From Lama guanicoe (lineage: Eukaryota): a stretch of 64,000 bases of DNA. Below, one piece after another: positions 26,946 through 39,110 of the stretch. The number at the start of each line of letters is the position of its first letter. Position 1 is the stretch's first letter. The stretch is from NCBI GenBank assembly GCA_013239625.1, contig MU053561.1:5444439-5508438 (forward strand), given 5' to 3'. Made by a program: the position numbers and the translations under genes. The notes under the pieces are model-generated. The model saw only the letters and a program-made list of their open reading frames with translations. It did not search any database and was not told the DNA's origin.

Positions 26946-27235
26946 CCATCAGTGTGTGGAACTTATGTGTGAAGAATTGAGAATAAAAGTCTCAGTATAG
27001 TCATTCATATTATGATCATTTTGTAACATGTGATTTTTATTTCTATTAAAAACAACATCAGATCCAAACATTGATATGCTTTAAGGATTAAAGTCTGAAC
27101 TGATCATGTTTATATTTATTTCAAACCATATATATTAGTTATCATAAAACAGACATGGATTTATTATTACCTTCCAGAGCAATAATAATTATGACAGACA
27201 AACCTCACCCATAGCCATCCACATTACTGCGCACA

Positions 27236-27718
27236 TGCACAGAAAAGAGTTAACACAGCAGACCTGAGCCTGGACCTTGGCTCACCTCCATGAACTTGGA
27301 TTTGTTGAGAGTTCCCACCATTCCCTAGTAAGAATGTCTCGCTCTGCCTCAACTGTTTGTGAAAACAATGTGGTTCATGCTGAGTATCTACTTTCCCTCT
27401 GGGAGTCTGGAATTCTGGTACGTGCTAGGCAGGGGATGCCTACGTGACCAACCCCCATAAAAACGGGGCACTGAATCTCTAACAAGCTTCCCTGGAACAC
27501 AATATTTCACACGTGTTGTCGTAACTCAGTACTGGAGGAATTAAGGGCATCCTATGTGACTCTACTGGGAGCTTGAGCTCAGTTTCCTCAGGCCTTGTAC
27601 CATGTGCCTCTCCTTTGGCAGTAATGAATCACATCTATGCGTACAACTCTGTGCTAGGTCTCAGGTGTCCTCCTAGCTATGACCAAACCTGCAAGTGGTC
27701 TTGGAGACACCTGACACA
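27236..27718 (+). mobile_element. MER68 solo LTR (ERVL)
   Basis: Starts TGcacagaaaagagttaacacagcag, contains ctgggagtctggaattctggtacgtgctaggcag and cctacgtgaccaacccc, ends gtggtcttggagacacctgacaCA. Collinear with the recalled MER68 consensus. Confidence 0.88.
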
Positions 27719-29224
27719 GGTGTGCTTTATCAGATCGTAAGTAGCCCCAGTGTTTTGGGATAATGAACATTATCAAACGTAACACATTTCCATAAAAAAG
27801 TTACAACAAAAATCAATGTAATAGAAGCCATCAAGATTTTTACTTTGGACTGTGTTTTACAATAATTACTTCTATCTAATGGTTAATATAGGCTTCCCAC
27901 ATGGGATAAGGAAGCAAAAAGATAATTAATTATAAGAAATTCAATCATACTTTAAGCTCTGAACCAGGTCCCAAGTCTCCAAAGTAATGCAATTATTCCT
28001 AGGAAATCTCACTTCCATCTCACTCTACTCTCAAAAAGTTCATATAAAGCCCAACAGACGTACCTCTAGAACGGGCGTCTGGAGCTCAAAGGTTACATTC
28101 TAAAAAAACCCCTGAGGCTTCTGTTTCTGTTTACATAGACAGGATTAGGGTTATGTCAGAAAGCATCAAAGCTCCTCCTCCTTTTCTTCCTATAATGATG
28201 TATAGCTCATAATAATGGATGAAACAAACTATTATTAACTCCTCTGATGAAGTAAAATTTGGAGACAGCATATATTCAAAAATCATTTAGTTGCTTCCAG
28301 CATTATATATTTCCATTTATATACAGGCACTGACAAGAACTCTTAAACATTCATTGTCTTGGAATAGACATATTTTATATAAAACTTTGAATAACATTCT
28401 AAATGAACATCATTACTTTTTAAATTAGAATGGTTAGACTAAGATCCCTTTAGAGACAGTACACAATACTCATTTTTATTTATCACAGAAGAATGTATTT
28501 GACATAGCAAGCTTTATAGAAATTCTACTTTGAAATAATTCTGCTAGCTACAGAAGAATTAGGTACTTTATCAAAACTCGAAACTTTAAGTCACTATATG
28601 AATGAGGCAACTTACAAATAGGAATGGATGTGGGGGGGTAGGAGATTTGCTATCCTGATTATGGGTGAAATGCTTCAATACCTCATCAAACAGCCAAGTT
28701 TAAAATATAAATAACCATATTTTTATTGTACTACATGTAGACATTTAAGAAAAAGAAAAGTTTCTTTTTGATATGGTTTTAACTACTCAGCTTTTCCCAA
28801 CTGCTGAAGTGAAATTAAGTATGAGGCCAATCATCATGTTCAATGGAAAGCCATTATTTATATAAATAAAAAATGACTACCATTGAATTTATGAAGCCAT
28901 ACTGTAAGACATCAAAACACAAGAAACCAGTTAAGTTGAACACAGTGAATAAAAACAACAGCCATAAATCTAAAACTTCATTCATTCACTTATTCAGTCA
29001 ACATTAACGAACCATCACTGGGGACAGAAAAATGTGGTCTTTCCTGGTGTTTTTACAGAAACCAGTAAGATAGATTTGGGGGCAAAAAAGAGGAGGTAGT
29101 CAATTTTAGAGGTATTGAAGGATATGACAGTAGAGGAAAATCTTCCTGGCAGGCACTGAAGAACCACTAAAGGGTTAAAAGAAAGGGCACTAAAAGGGTC
29201 GAATTTCTGTTTCACACCACGCTG

Positions 29225-29460
29225 TACAGTAGAGATACACTGGGAGGAATCAGACAAAACCTGATTTTTGAATCCCTGTCATTTACTTACCAGCTGGGTA
29301 CGAGGCCTTGAGCCATTTTCTTATCGCTGGCACCTCACTTTCCTTATCTATAAATGAAGCTCATACCTACTCTGCAGGGTTGTTTTAAGGATTAAACGAG
29401 ACAGTGAGATTATCACGTACAAGGTTTGGCACACTGGCAGAGTATGCGTTCAAAAATGTC
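29225..29460 (+). mobile_element. MIR SINE
   Basis: ttgaatccctgtcatttacttaccagctg...cctcactttccttatctataaatg...gggttgttttaaggattaaacgaga. Confidence 0.85.
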
Positions 29461-31661
29461 AGGTCGCTTTTCGAGGTCTTATATGAACAACTTTAATTAA
29501 TTTGGAAAATTTAACTGCTTCTTAATGTTAAGAAGTTCTTGACTAATTTTAGAAAAAACATTTGAGAGGAGGTAGTAAAATTTATTTCCTAGTCTTCATT
29601 CTCTCATTCTTTTTAATCAAAACTCTACATCAAGCCAGGCCACTACCACTTTACAGATTAGATTCCATTGCAACGAATGTCATGTCACAAAAACGGAACA
29701 GTCCCGAACATTACTCATGTCAGTCAAATATTACAACAAAATGATGAACATCAGTCGCCTTTGGGAGTTTGTTGCAATGAGATCAGAATTTTTTTTTTTT
29801 TTTGCCATTTCTACTGAAGAAATGGTTTTCTCTTCCTCATACTTTCATTTTGCCACTGCAAAAGTCTACAGAGGAGAAACTTTTATTCAGAGATCCAAAT
29901 CAACCTCTGTCTGAAAAGCTCTGTTGTATCCTCATCAGATTTACTTATAAAGACATATAGTATATGCCTTCAAATACCAGGCAGAGGTGGGCACTCAGGG
30001 CACTGACTCAGAACTACGAGGTGTCAGCATGTATCACAGTATGGAAATTCCTCTCTTACTTGTCCTTCAAATTTTACATTTTAGCCTTATTCTTTCATAT
30101 CCTGGAGGTAAATTCTATGTTTGGAATCTGGATCTGTGGCTTAAGAGAGCTACAAGGGCACAAATGCTTTGCCTTATCATGAAGCAGGCCACTCTGAAGA
30201 GGACAAAACAAAAAGAGCGGGTTGTAAAAATCTCATACGTTGTGCCCCCCAAATCATATTTTTATTCCTCTTCCTTACGCGTGTAACAAACGCAACTTTC
30301 TGAAGGGAAAGAATAAAAAGAACACAGGGCTGTGGATGGCTTAGAGGAGAGTATTTCTCCCCATCATTTTCAAACTGAACACTCAAAGCAGTTAGCTCCG
30401 TGTTTGCCACAGTAATAGAGTTAATTATGCTCTCTTCAAGGCCTGCAATTTACAATTAAACCCAAATACAGATCTTAACATTTCATTTTTAAGTCTTTTA
30501 GTTTTCAGAATGGAGGATTAATATGCTTAAACATCTGCAAGACATACTATGACTCTGATTTAGAAATCTAACACTTGACATATATAAAAAATTTTTTTCT
30601 TTATGATGATTCCCTTAGTCCCACAAATACATATGAAGCATTTTTAACCATTCTGTCTCACCCTAAGAATCATTATTTTATTGATTTTAAATGTGGGATT
30701 TTTTTTTGTTGCCATTTAAGTATTTTCAAATTAAATTACTGTCTTTTCCCCCTTAAACTACTAAATGACCTCCAAATTTAAAGAGAAATAAGATGACAAA
30801 AGGGGAAACTTTTCCATTTTTTAAATTTATCACCCATACAAAACAAGAGAAGACCAGGAAAATCTGAGCCAGGAATTTCAGCCTCTTCTACAGTTATGTG
30901 AGGGGTTTGGGAGACAGTGTAATGGAGGCAATAATTGGCAATGATTCTATCACAATTATAAATCATGCTTTCCCCATTCACATCAACTCTCCCATTACAT
31001 TTCAAATGATTGAATCTTCTTCCATGCTTGTAATTCATTAATTCTAACTTTCATGTGAGAAAGTAGTTTATACTTCACTATAATTATGCTACTTTTACAG
31101 TTCCAATTTGCTGCCAGCTGAGAGCAATGCTCCTCAAAGGTGACTTTTTCCTCAATTATTCCAACTTCCATTGCGTCAAAACCATTTAAGTTAAAGTCCA
31201 CTTTCAGCTTCATTAAGTATCCTTTCTTATTAACTTTCATAAAACTACTATCTAGCCACTCATAACCACGGTAAGAAATCTTTCCATTTTTTGTTTTTGG
31301 ATTCCTGATTCAATCTTTTAACAGTATAAAGAAACTGAGGCACAGAGAAGATGAAGGACCTGCTCAAGTTTGCCTAGAAAGTTAACACATGACTTTCTTA
31401 CGAACTTATTTTCATGCCACTTCCTGTTACTACCTAAAACAATTTAAAATTCAAATAAAAGGTTTTAGAGGTCTTAAACTAAAAGAAAATATTTAGAGCA
31501 AAACAACTACAACAAAACAAGTAAAACTATCCTGACTTCAGGTAAGAGAACATCCCTATAGTTTAGCAAAAACTGGGGAGATAGTAAGTGGGAATGGTAT
31601 TTTTGCTATTAAAATACTCTAAAATCTCAGACATATATTCATTTAAACACATACTGAGTAT

Positions 31662-32595
31662 ACCAAAAAAACAAACAACCCAATCAAAAAATGGGCAGAG
31701 GACCTAAACAGACATTTCTCCAAAGAAGACATATAGATGGCCCACAGGCACATGAAAAGATATGCAAAATTGCTAATTACCGGAAAAATGCAAATCAAAA
31801 CTACACTGAGGTATCATCTCACACTGGCCAGAATGGCCATCATTAAAAAGTCCACAAATAATAAATGTTGGAGAGGGTGTGGAGAAAAGGGAACCCTCCT
31901 ACACTGTTGGTGGGACTATAAATTGGTGCAGCCACTATGGAAAACAGTATGGAGGCTCCTCAAAAAATTAAAAATAGATCTACCATATGATCTAGCAATC
32001 CCACTCCTGGGCATATATCTGGAAAAGACAAAAACTCTAACTGGAAAAGATACACACACCCCAATGTTCCCAGCAGCACTATTTACAATAGCCAAGAGAT
32101 GGAAGCAACTTAAGTGTCCATCGACAGATGAACCATACAAAGAAATGTGATACACACACGCACACACACACACACACACAGGAATATTACTCAGCCATAA
32201 AAAATGAAATAATGCCATTTGCAGCAATATGGATGGACCTAGAGATTATCACACTAAGGAAAGTAAGAAGAAAGACAAATATTGTATGATAGCACTTATT
32301 CGTAGGATCTAAAAAACAGTACAAATGAACTTATTTACAAAACAGAAATAGACTCACAGACATAGAAAACAAAATTACGATTACCAAAGCGGAATGTGGG
32401 AGGAAGGGATAAAAAGGGATTAACAGATACACACTACCATATAAAACAAACAACAAGGATTTACTCTATAGCACAGGGAACTATATTCAATATCATGTAA
32501 TAACCTATAATAGAAAAGAATAAAAAAAGAATATATATAATATGTATAATATATATAACTGAATCATTTTGCTGTACATCTGAAACATAATATAG
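31662..32595 (+). mobile_element. 5'-truncated L1 (~0.93 kb; ORF2 C-terminus plus 3' UTR), laurasiatherian/camelid type
   Basis: ORF 31737-32150 reads [12 protein letters not shown]...[18 protein letters not shown]...[13 protein letters not shown]...[11 protein letters not shown]. The 3' UTR resembles that of 22600-22960. Confidence 0.96.
32152..32180. repeat. (CA)n microsatellite inside L1
   Basis: acacacacgcacacacacacacacacaca. Confidence 0.9.
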
Positions 32596-33559
32596 GCTGC
32601 TGGTGGGGTGGGGGGTTCTTCCTTTTCTCCTTCAATACTATTTGTAACACTCAATTTAACTTGATTTTACTTAAGTAAAGATGTTTTGGTCTTTTTGTGT
32701 GTGTGGGTGGGGGTAAATATTAGTACAAATATTTCTCTGATGGATGCAATTATTCAATATAGTGACAGGCCAAATTTTTATGCAGTGATAGGCATATTTT
32801 TATGCAGATATGAGAACATAAAAATGTAATCAACCTGTAATTAATTACCTTGTTGAGGCAGGGAAGACATCTGCCATTTCATGAATCAAAATCTTCTAAA
32901 CTAATCACATAGAGACATAAAACTGAAGTACACACCTATAACATTCACATAGCAAATACTGAAGTTCAGTCATATTTACGCTTAAATTTGAAACTGATCT
33001 GATGCTGGCTGAAAGGAGAGAAACAACAAACTTAGACAACAGAAAGCAAAACTGATTTTTCTCCCCCTTCTAAGAATGCACACAAGCTTAGAAGGAAAAA
33101 TCCAGCTGCTTCACTGACAAGTTTCCAAGTAATCAACATTTGGTACTCTGAACCGACCACTATTTTCCGTTCAAGCGAAAACAAAACACACTACCTGGAT
33201 AAGCACAAAGTCAGATATAATTTAAGACTTTGCACAATTAGAAAATGACTATCCCCACATTCTTTCCCAACTTGTGTTCATATACGATCTCTCTCCTGTA
33301 ATATTTATTAACTCAGTTTAAAAAATTTATTACCAGGCAAATTTTAACAAGGTTTTACAGATCATACTTTAAGGATACCTCCTGCCATCTAATTACCAGA
33401 ATATTCTGAACAGGTCTTACTTTGAGAGAATGTGATGGTGAAAGAGGATACTATATTCCTCAGACATTTTTACAGCTGAAAAAATTTCAGGGGAAAAAGT
33501 GTTTAAACCCTACATCCGTACCCAATTCAACATCCAAAGGCATAGAAACACCTACAACA

Positions 33560-34160
33560 TGTCAGGTACCCCAGTGGGCACAGAAGGCAGGACTGACAAA
33601 AATAATGACTGGCCCACACTTTAAGAGTCCCGAATCTAGTGGGAAAGACATAAACTATTAATCATAACATGTTAATGTTATAACGGATCTAGACACATGT
33701 TATAAGGATGCAGAGTTCTAGAGAAATCAAAGGACGTTTGAGCAGCAAAATGAGAGAATGACTGAATGCCACTCCAGGGCAAACAGTGCATGTGACGATG
33801 GAAAGCAGGAAGGCAAGTTTGGAAACAGCAAGTTAATTCGATATGGTTTCATGACTGGGGGAGGATCATGGTGAAGATTCTGAAACTAGTAAATGAATCT
33901 AAGGCCAGAAAGTTGAGGGATTTATATGTCATGCAAGAGCTTAGAATTTTTCCTCTTCACAATTCAAGACGTTGAAGACATTGAAGTAGGAGTGTGACAT
34001 GACCAAAACTTCGCCTTTAGAAAGACAACCTGGCAACAGTGTGAAAGAGGAAGTAGTTGAAGTTGCAAACGTTTCAGGGAGAGATCCCAATTAAGGTTTA
34101 TTTTTAGTCTTGGTGAAAGACAAAGTTATAAGCAGAAGAGACAGACTCAAGAATAATATT
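33560..34160 (-). mobile_element. L2 3' region (degraded)
   Basis: tgtcaggtaccccagtgggcac...tatgtcatgcaagagcttagaatt...gtaggagtgtgacatgacc...tttagaaagacaacctggcaacagtgtg. Confidence 0.7.
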
Positions 34161-34780
34161 GAAAAGAGCAAACAGACATCTTTGATTTGAATCATGTGCA
34201 CATTTACATACTTGAAATGCCATGATGGTAGATGACACTATCTCAAATGTAAAAGAAAACAAGTCAGTCAAGGCCTAGGATTCAGTTTATTTTACATCTC
34301 TGTTTATTTTAGAAGTTGATTGCTCTTCTGTGTAATGTTTGGAAAGTACCTTATCAAATACTTACTAAATTTCTGTTACCTAAGTAGCAGTTACAATACT
34401 AGCAATATGCAAGAGGTATGGTTTACAGATATTTGGTTTAAAAAAAAACTTAATAATTGCATTTTAAAAAATTTATTAAGAAAAAATAGGGACCATAACT
34501 GATAATGGTACAGAAAGTACCATTCATAGGCATATTTTTAAGAATTATTTTTATGGTGGCTCACTCATTCTCACACACAGAAACTGCATGTATGCAACAG
34601 GGACATAATTTGCATGAAGATAATTGAGTTGTATTCATTAGTGATGACTTAAATTGAAACTTTACCTTAATTTCAGCTGAGAGAATTCACAGTGAGAAAG
34701 CAAAAATAACCATGGAGTTGCTCATTTTAGGGCTGAGAAATATTAGGGTATTTTAAAAATGATAAGTTTTAGAGTTTTTG

Positions 34781-34808
34781 GTTTGTTTGTTTGTTTGTTT
34801 GTTTGTTT
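34781..34808. repeat. (GTTT)7 microsatellite
   Basis: Seven consecutive gttt units. Confidence 0.95.
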
Positions 34809-35149
34809 TTTGCCTGGATATATGCAGTTATTGTTTGGGGTTGGAAAATTTTCTGGATCTCAAAATGGTGACTTAAGGGAAAAAAACCTTTGTATCAAAG
34901 AATTTTAGTAAATATCCAAACATAACAGGAAAGTCCTCACAAAGACCCTCTTGCTTAATGTTAGAGTTGCTTAAGCAAAAATGGAATTGTTTATAAGTAT
35001 ACGCCATAGTTTACTCACTTTGTATAATTTCCTCCCACTCATTTTTAGGAGGAAAAAAAAGCAAGAAAAATACTCTCGCCACATAATTTGTGTATAATTG
35101 TTTTCCTGTTTTGAAACAGCAATGGCAACACTCAAAGGTCCTGAAGTGT

Positions 35150-35700
35150 TTTCTTTTAAACATCAATCATTTTCCGGGTGGGGAGGGGTGATGTAGGGTA
35201 AGCTCAGATCAACAGAGCTTAGATGTTTCCTCTTGCTCTGACTCCACTCTCCCATTAGGGAGTGCTTTCCACATACAGCAAAATGCGGTACAGGCACATT
35301 TAAAGGGACACAGAAGAAAAAAAAAGAGGAAAAAAGAAGGAAAAAAAGGGACAAGGAGTAGCACTGAGATGTTGATCAGTGATAAAGGGAAGGAAAGCTC
35401 GCCAGCACTGACACTCTCCCCTCCCCCACATGGTCCTCCATCCAACTCCTCTGACTTCCTCACACCTTCCCCACAGTCATCAGTAACACGCTTGGCTGAC
35501 AAGGAGCTGTGATCACGGCCCTAAGCAAGTTCAGCTGAACGAGGTGAGTTGTGATAGCTTCAAAGTGCATTTATTTACCACTTTAATGGACTTTTGGGTC
35601 TGTGAGGAAAACGGTGGGAAAATGAGCCAGACCTGCAAAAACAGCCTGGGCTCGCGCCCTCTGACCAGAGAGGAGGACTCCATAGGGAAACTTGAAAAGT
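35150..35700. promoter_or_regulatory. Candidate intronic enhancer (repeat-free, GC-elevated, CpG-retaining)
   Basis: Locally higher GC, several retained CpGs, GGGTGGGGAGGGG (KLF/SP-like), TGATAA (GATA), ACTTCCT (ETS) and a palindromic E-box gttCAGCTGaac. Inferred from motifs only. Confidence 0.4.
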
Positions 35701-35904
35701 GGGATGCTTGCCCTTCAGATTTCCATCTTTCAATCACTTCAGAGTCTCTCCTTCTTCTTCCCCTTAACAAAAATACGAAGATGTGTATGTCCCATGTTTA
35801 CACACCATGATTCTTTTCTTTTTTAAAAATCTGTACTTTTTCACAAATTAGCAGGGGTTAACAGAGAGGAGACTTGTTTGGAATCTAAATTCTAATTAGT
35901 CTTC

Positions 35905-36205
35905 GTGGTGGACAATACGGGTTACCACTTTGGTTTGCTCAAGCTGCCTATACCTTTCCTTCTAGTAACGGAATCTGTCTCCAAGGCCAAGGCTTGGCCA
36001 GTCATAACTCATCTTCTGAGAGTATTAATTGGTCCAAAGGGGCCTGGGTTCTTCAGTAAAGCTGACAGGTGAATAAATACTGGGAGATGGGAGCTCTCTT
36101 TCCACTGGAGTGGCTAAACTGGGGGCAGTAAGTAGTCATTATTTCCCGGTCTCATAGAGCAAACCTGTCTTTAGCAGATAAAAATGATACCACATTACAA
36201 AGAGA
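35905..36205 (+). mobile_element. Old MaLR LTR (MLT1K/L-like), partial
   Basis: ccttctagtaac, ccaaggcttggccagtca, attggtccaaaggg, ctctctttccactggagtgg. Confidence 0.55.
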
Positions 36206-36214
36206 AACTGGTCT

Positions 36215-36320
36215 CTCCATTCAGTCATTCAGTTAACATTTACTAAACATCTGCTCTGTGCTAAGTGTTGTACTGGGCACTGGGGATATAAAAATAAAGC
36301 AGAATGGTGACAATATCTTG
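36215..36320 (-). mobile_element. L2 3' terminus
   Basis: cattcagtcattcagttaacatttactaaacatctgctctgtgctaagtgttgtactgggcactggggatata. Confidence 0.8.
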
Positions 36321-36659
36321 TGAATCAAAAATCAAGACATTATCTGTTGAAAGGTTTTTGTGTATCTTCCGGTTGTGAGATGTCATCTGAGAGACACTGT
36401 TTAGATTGAAAAACATGGTAACTTCGAAGACATTTGGGTAGTCTGAAGATAAAAATATCAGTAAGATACTTGAAGTAGGAAGCATAATAGAAAAAGGCAA
36501 AAATAACAGTTGCCATAATTATAAGGTGTCACCTGGCCCTCATATCTAGTTACAGGTTTTCAAAACCATGTAAAATATAACAATAAAAAAAGACCAGTGA
36601 AATAAGAAAATATAAATGCTATCCCTGCACAAGTAGGGTTGGGGATCCTATAAAATACA

Positions 36660-36840
36660 ATATGATGAAAAGGCTCAGGTCCTGAGTTCATCTGATGCCA
36701 ATTAAAGGACACACAGGCTACTTGTTTCCTCTCATGTAAAACAGGAACAATTCTAGTAGCTCACTGTTTGAGAATGAAAGGATTTCTTACACGAAAAATA
36801 CTTAAATCAACACCTTGCACATGGTAAATAATAAGTGGTT
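36660..36840 (+). mobile_element. MIR SINE (degraded)
   Basis: tcctgagttcatc...gtttcctctcatgtaaaacagg...aaaatacttaaatcaacaccttgcacatggtaa. Confidence 0.65.
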
Positions 36841-37179
36841 TTTGATATCCCAGCTCTTACTACCATTACAACAAAACAACAAAATTGAGGGCCAAAGCCA
36901 GTTCTGAAACAGTATGAAAGGCAAACACTGGAGAGTGATCTACAACCATCATCAAAAAAAGACTGAAATTTGGAGGGGACTTGGGACTGCTCTGAGATTT
37001 ACAGGAAAGGGAAGTTTTAGTCACTCCCCACCTCTTTTAATGTATCTGCTTTGCTTTTTAATACCCTAAAGGGTTCTCCTTTATTAAGGGTGAGGGTACT
37101 AAAATAAATTCAAATTCTAAAATATTTGTTTTATGTGATTCCAAAGTGGACTCAAAATACATCAGGGCTCTCAAGATTT

Positions 37180-37866
37180 TCAAGTTCCATTCCCTCTGCC
37201 TTCAAAATATATCTGAAATCTGACCCCTTGCTCACGACTTCCATTACTATCTTGTTAACAGAAACGCCATCCTCTCTTGCCTACATGAGTGCAATAGTCT
37301 TCGCTCTTGTTTCCTAGAGTCAGTTTTCCACATAGCAGCTTAAGTGAGCTTTCCTAAATCCAAACGAGCACAGCCTCCTTGCTCATAACCCTCTAATCAC
37401 TTCCCACCACAACCAGATTAAGATCCAGTCTCTACATGAGTAAATACGTGCAAACTCATCTATTCACACCCCTCCCTCCCTCTCTACACTTTAGTCACTC
37501 TGGTCCTCTGGGTTCTAGAACTCGCCAAGCCAATTCCGGCCTCAGGGCCTTCTTTCTTCTCTGTCTCACCAAGATGCTCTTCTCCCATATTTCCACTTGG
37601 CTAGATTCTTGATTTCATTCAGGTCTTCCGTCAAATTCACATTCTTAGAGAAAAACCTCTCCTGATTACCCTATCTTATATAGGCGCCTCTCCTCCACTC
37701 ACCTTCCCTGCCCTCTTTGTATCCCTTTACAATGCTTCACAGTATTTATGTGATCTGAATTACATATGCATTTATGATGACAGGGACCTTGCATGTCTTA
37801 TCCTTGTAGGGCCTATAACAATGCTTGACACTTAACAATTGCTCGATAAATATTTGTTGAATAAGT
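37180..37866 (+). mobile_element. L2 3' region to terminus
   Basis: tctgccttcaaaatatatctgaaatctgacccct...gcctcagggcct...cagggaccttg...gctcgataaatatttgttgaata. Confidence 0.85.
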
Positions 37867-38149
37867 TAAAGCTTCTTACAAGCATCAATTAGTGCATCTT
37901 TACGTAAGCCGATTGAAGCTTTAGAAAATATTATAAAACCTATGGCTGAGCTCTTGTCTTACTAAGGTGAAGCAGCTACTGATAAAAATACATGGCAAAA
38001 AAATACAGATGCATGTTAAGAGGTCAGCCGTGGTCTTTGCTGGCAGCTAATATCACCTCTATAGTGGACTCTCAAGTTTAGATCTTGGATCTTGACGTCC
38101 TTCTTGAGTTCTGCTCTCACATCTAATTGCCTGGTAATGCACCCGACTT

Positions 38150-39110
38150 CTTTCTTCTTCCTATTCCTGCTGTGTTATTATTGCTCCCCCAAAACATGTT
38201 AACCCTCTGGTATGCATTCTTTTATGCTGTTACTATTATATGAATATACACATGTACAGGCACACATACAATTACATAAACCCATCCAAAGGTTTCCTGG
38301 CCACTGTTCTATAAAAGAACAGAATATATTAAGACATATTTCTGTACCTATTTTTTTCCTCATTCAACTATACCTCACAGAAAGTCCCACTAAGTTAGCT
38401 CATATAATGCTGTTTTTGATGGTAATATAATATTCTATGCTGCTATATACAATAATTTATTTATCCATTCCATTGTTTACAGAAATTTAGTTTGTAATTT
38501 TTGCTATTATTAGGAGTGCTTAAGTAAACATCCTTGTACATATCAGTACTTTAATTCTGATAGACTCCCTTAAGTGAAATCATTAGGGCACAGAATATGT
38601 CTATTTTAAATTTTAATATATATTGCCAGACTACCTTCCAAAAAGGCAATAACAATTCATATTTCTATCAGTAGTGTTCAAAAAACTTCCCACATCCCTA
38701 CTGCAAGTAACAAGTGTTTTTGATCATTTTAATTTTTGCCAGTCTTATGGCTATAAAGTGATAGTTTGGTGTTATTTTAATTTGCATTTCATTGACTGCT
38801 AATAAGTCTGATCATTCTTTGAAATATTATTGATCATCTGAATGCTCTTCTAAAATGGCCTATTCATACCCTTTGCCCATTTTCCTATTTGGTTTTTTTG
38901 TCTTCTTATCAAATTGTAAGAGCTTTCTGCATATTATAGATACAAATCCTTTTATCTGACATCTCTATTGTGGATATTTTATTTTCCAAGTTTGCTGTGG
39001 ACTACTAATTTTATATATGTTCTGTTTTGTCATAAAAGTTTAGACTTTTATATAGCCAAATTCTTTTTTTACCTTGTCCACCTTCCAGATTTCCTGTTTA
39101 ATAAAGAAGG
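38150..39110 (-). mobile_element. Old L1ME ORF2 end / 3' UTR
   Basis: aatttatttatccattcc, taaacatccttgtacat, tattgccagactaccttccaaaaagg, gttattttaatttgcatttc, tttgcccattttcctattt. Confidence 0.85.

Noticed and set aside
27230..27724. TSD for the MER68 LTR
   Set aside because: The flanks gcaca/ggtgt do not match directly. Reconciling them needs opposite-strand CpG decay plus an offset, which is too speculative.
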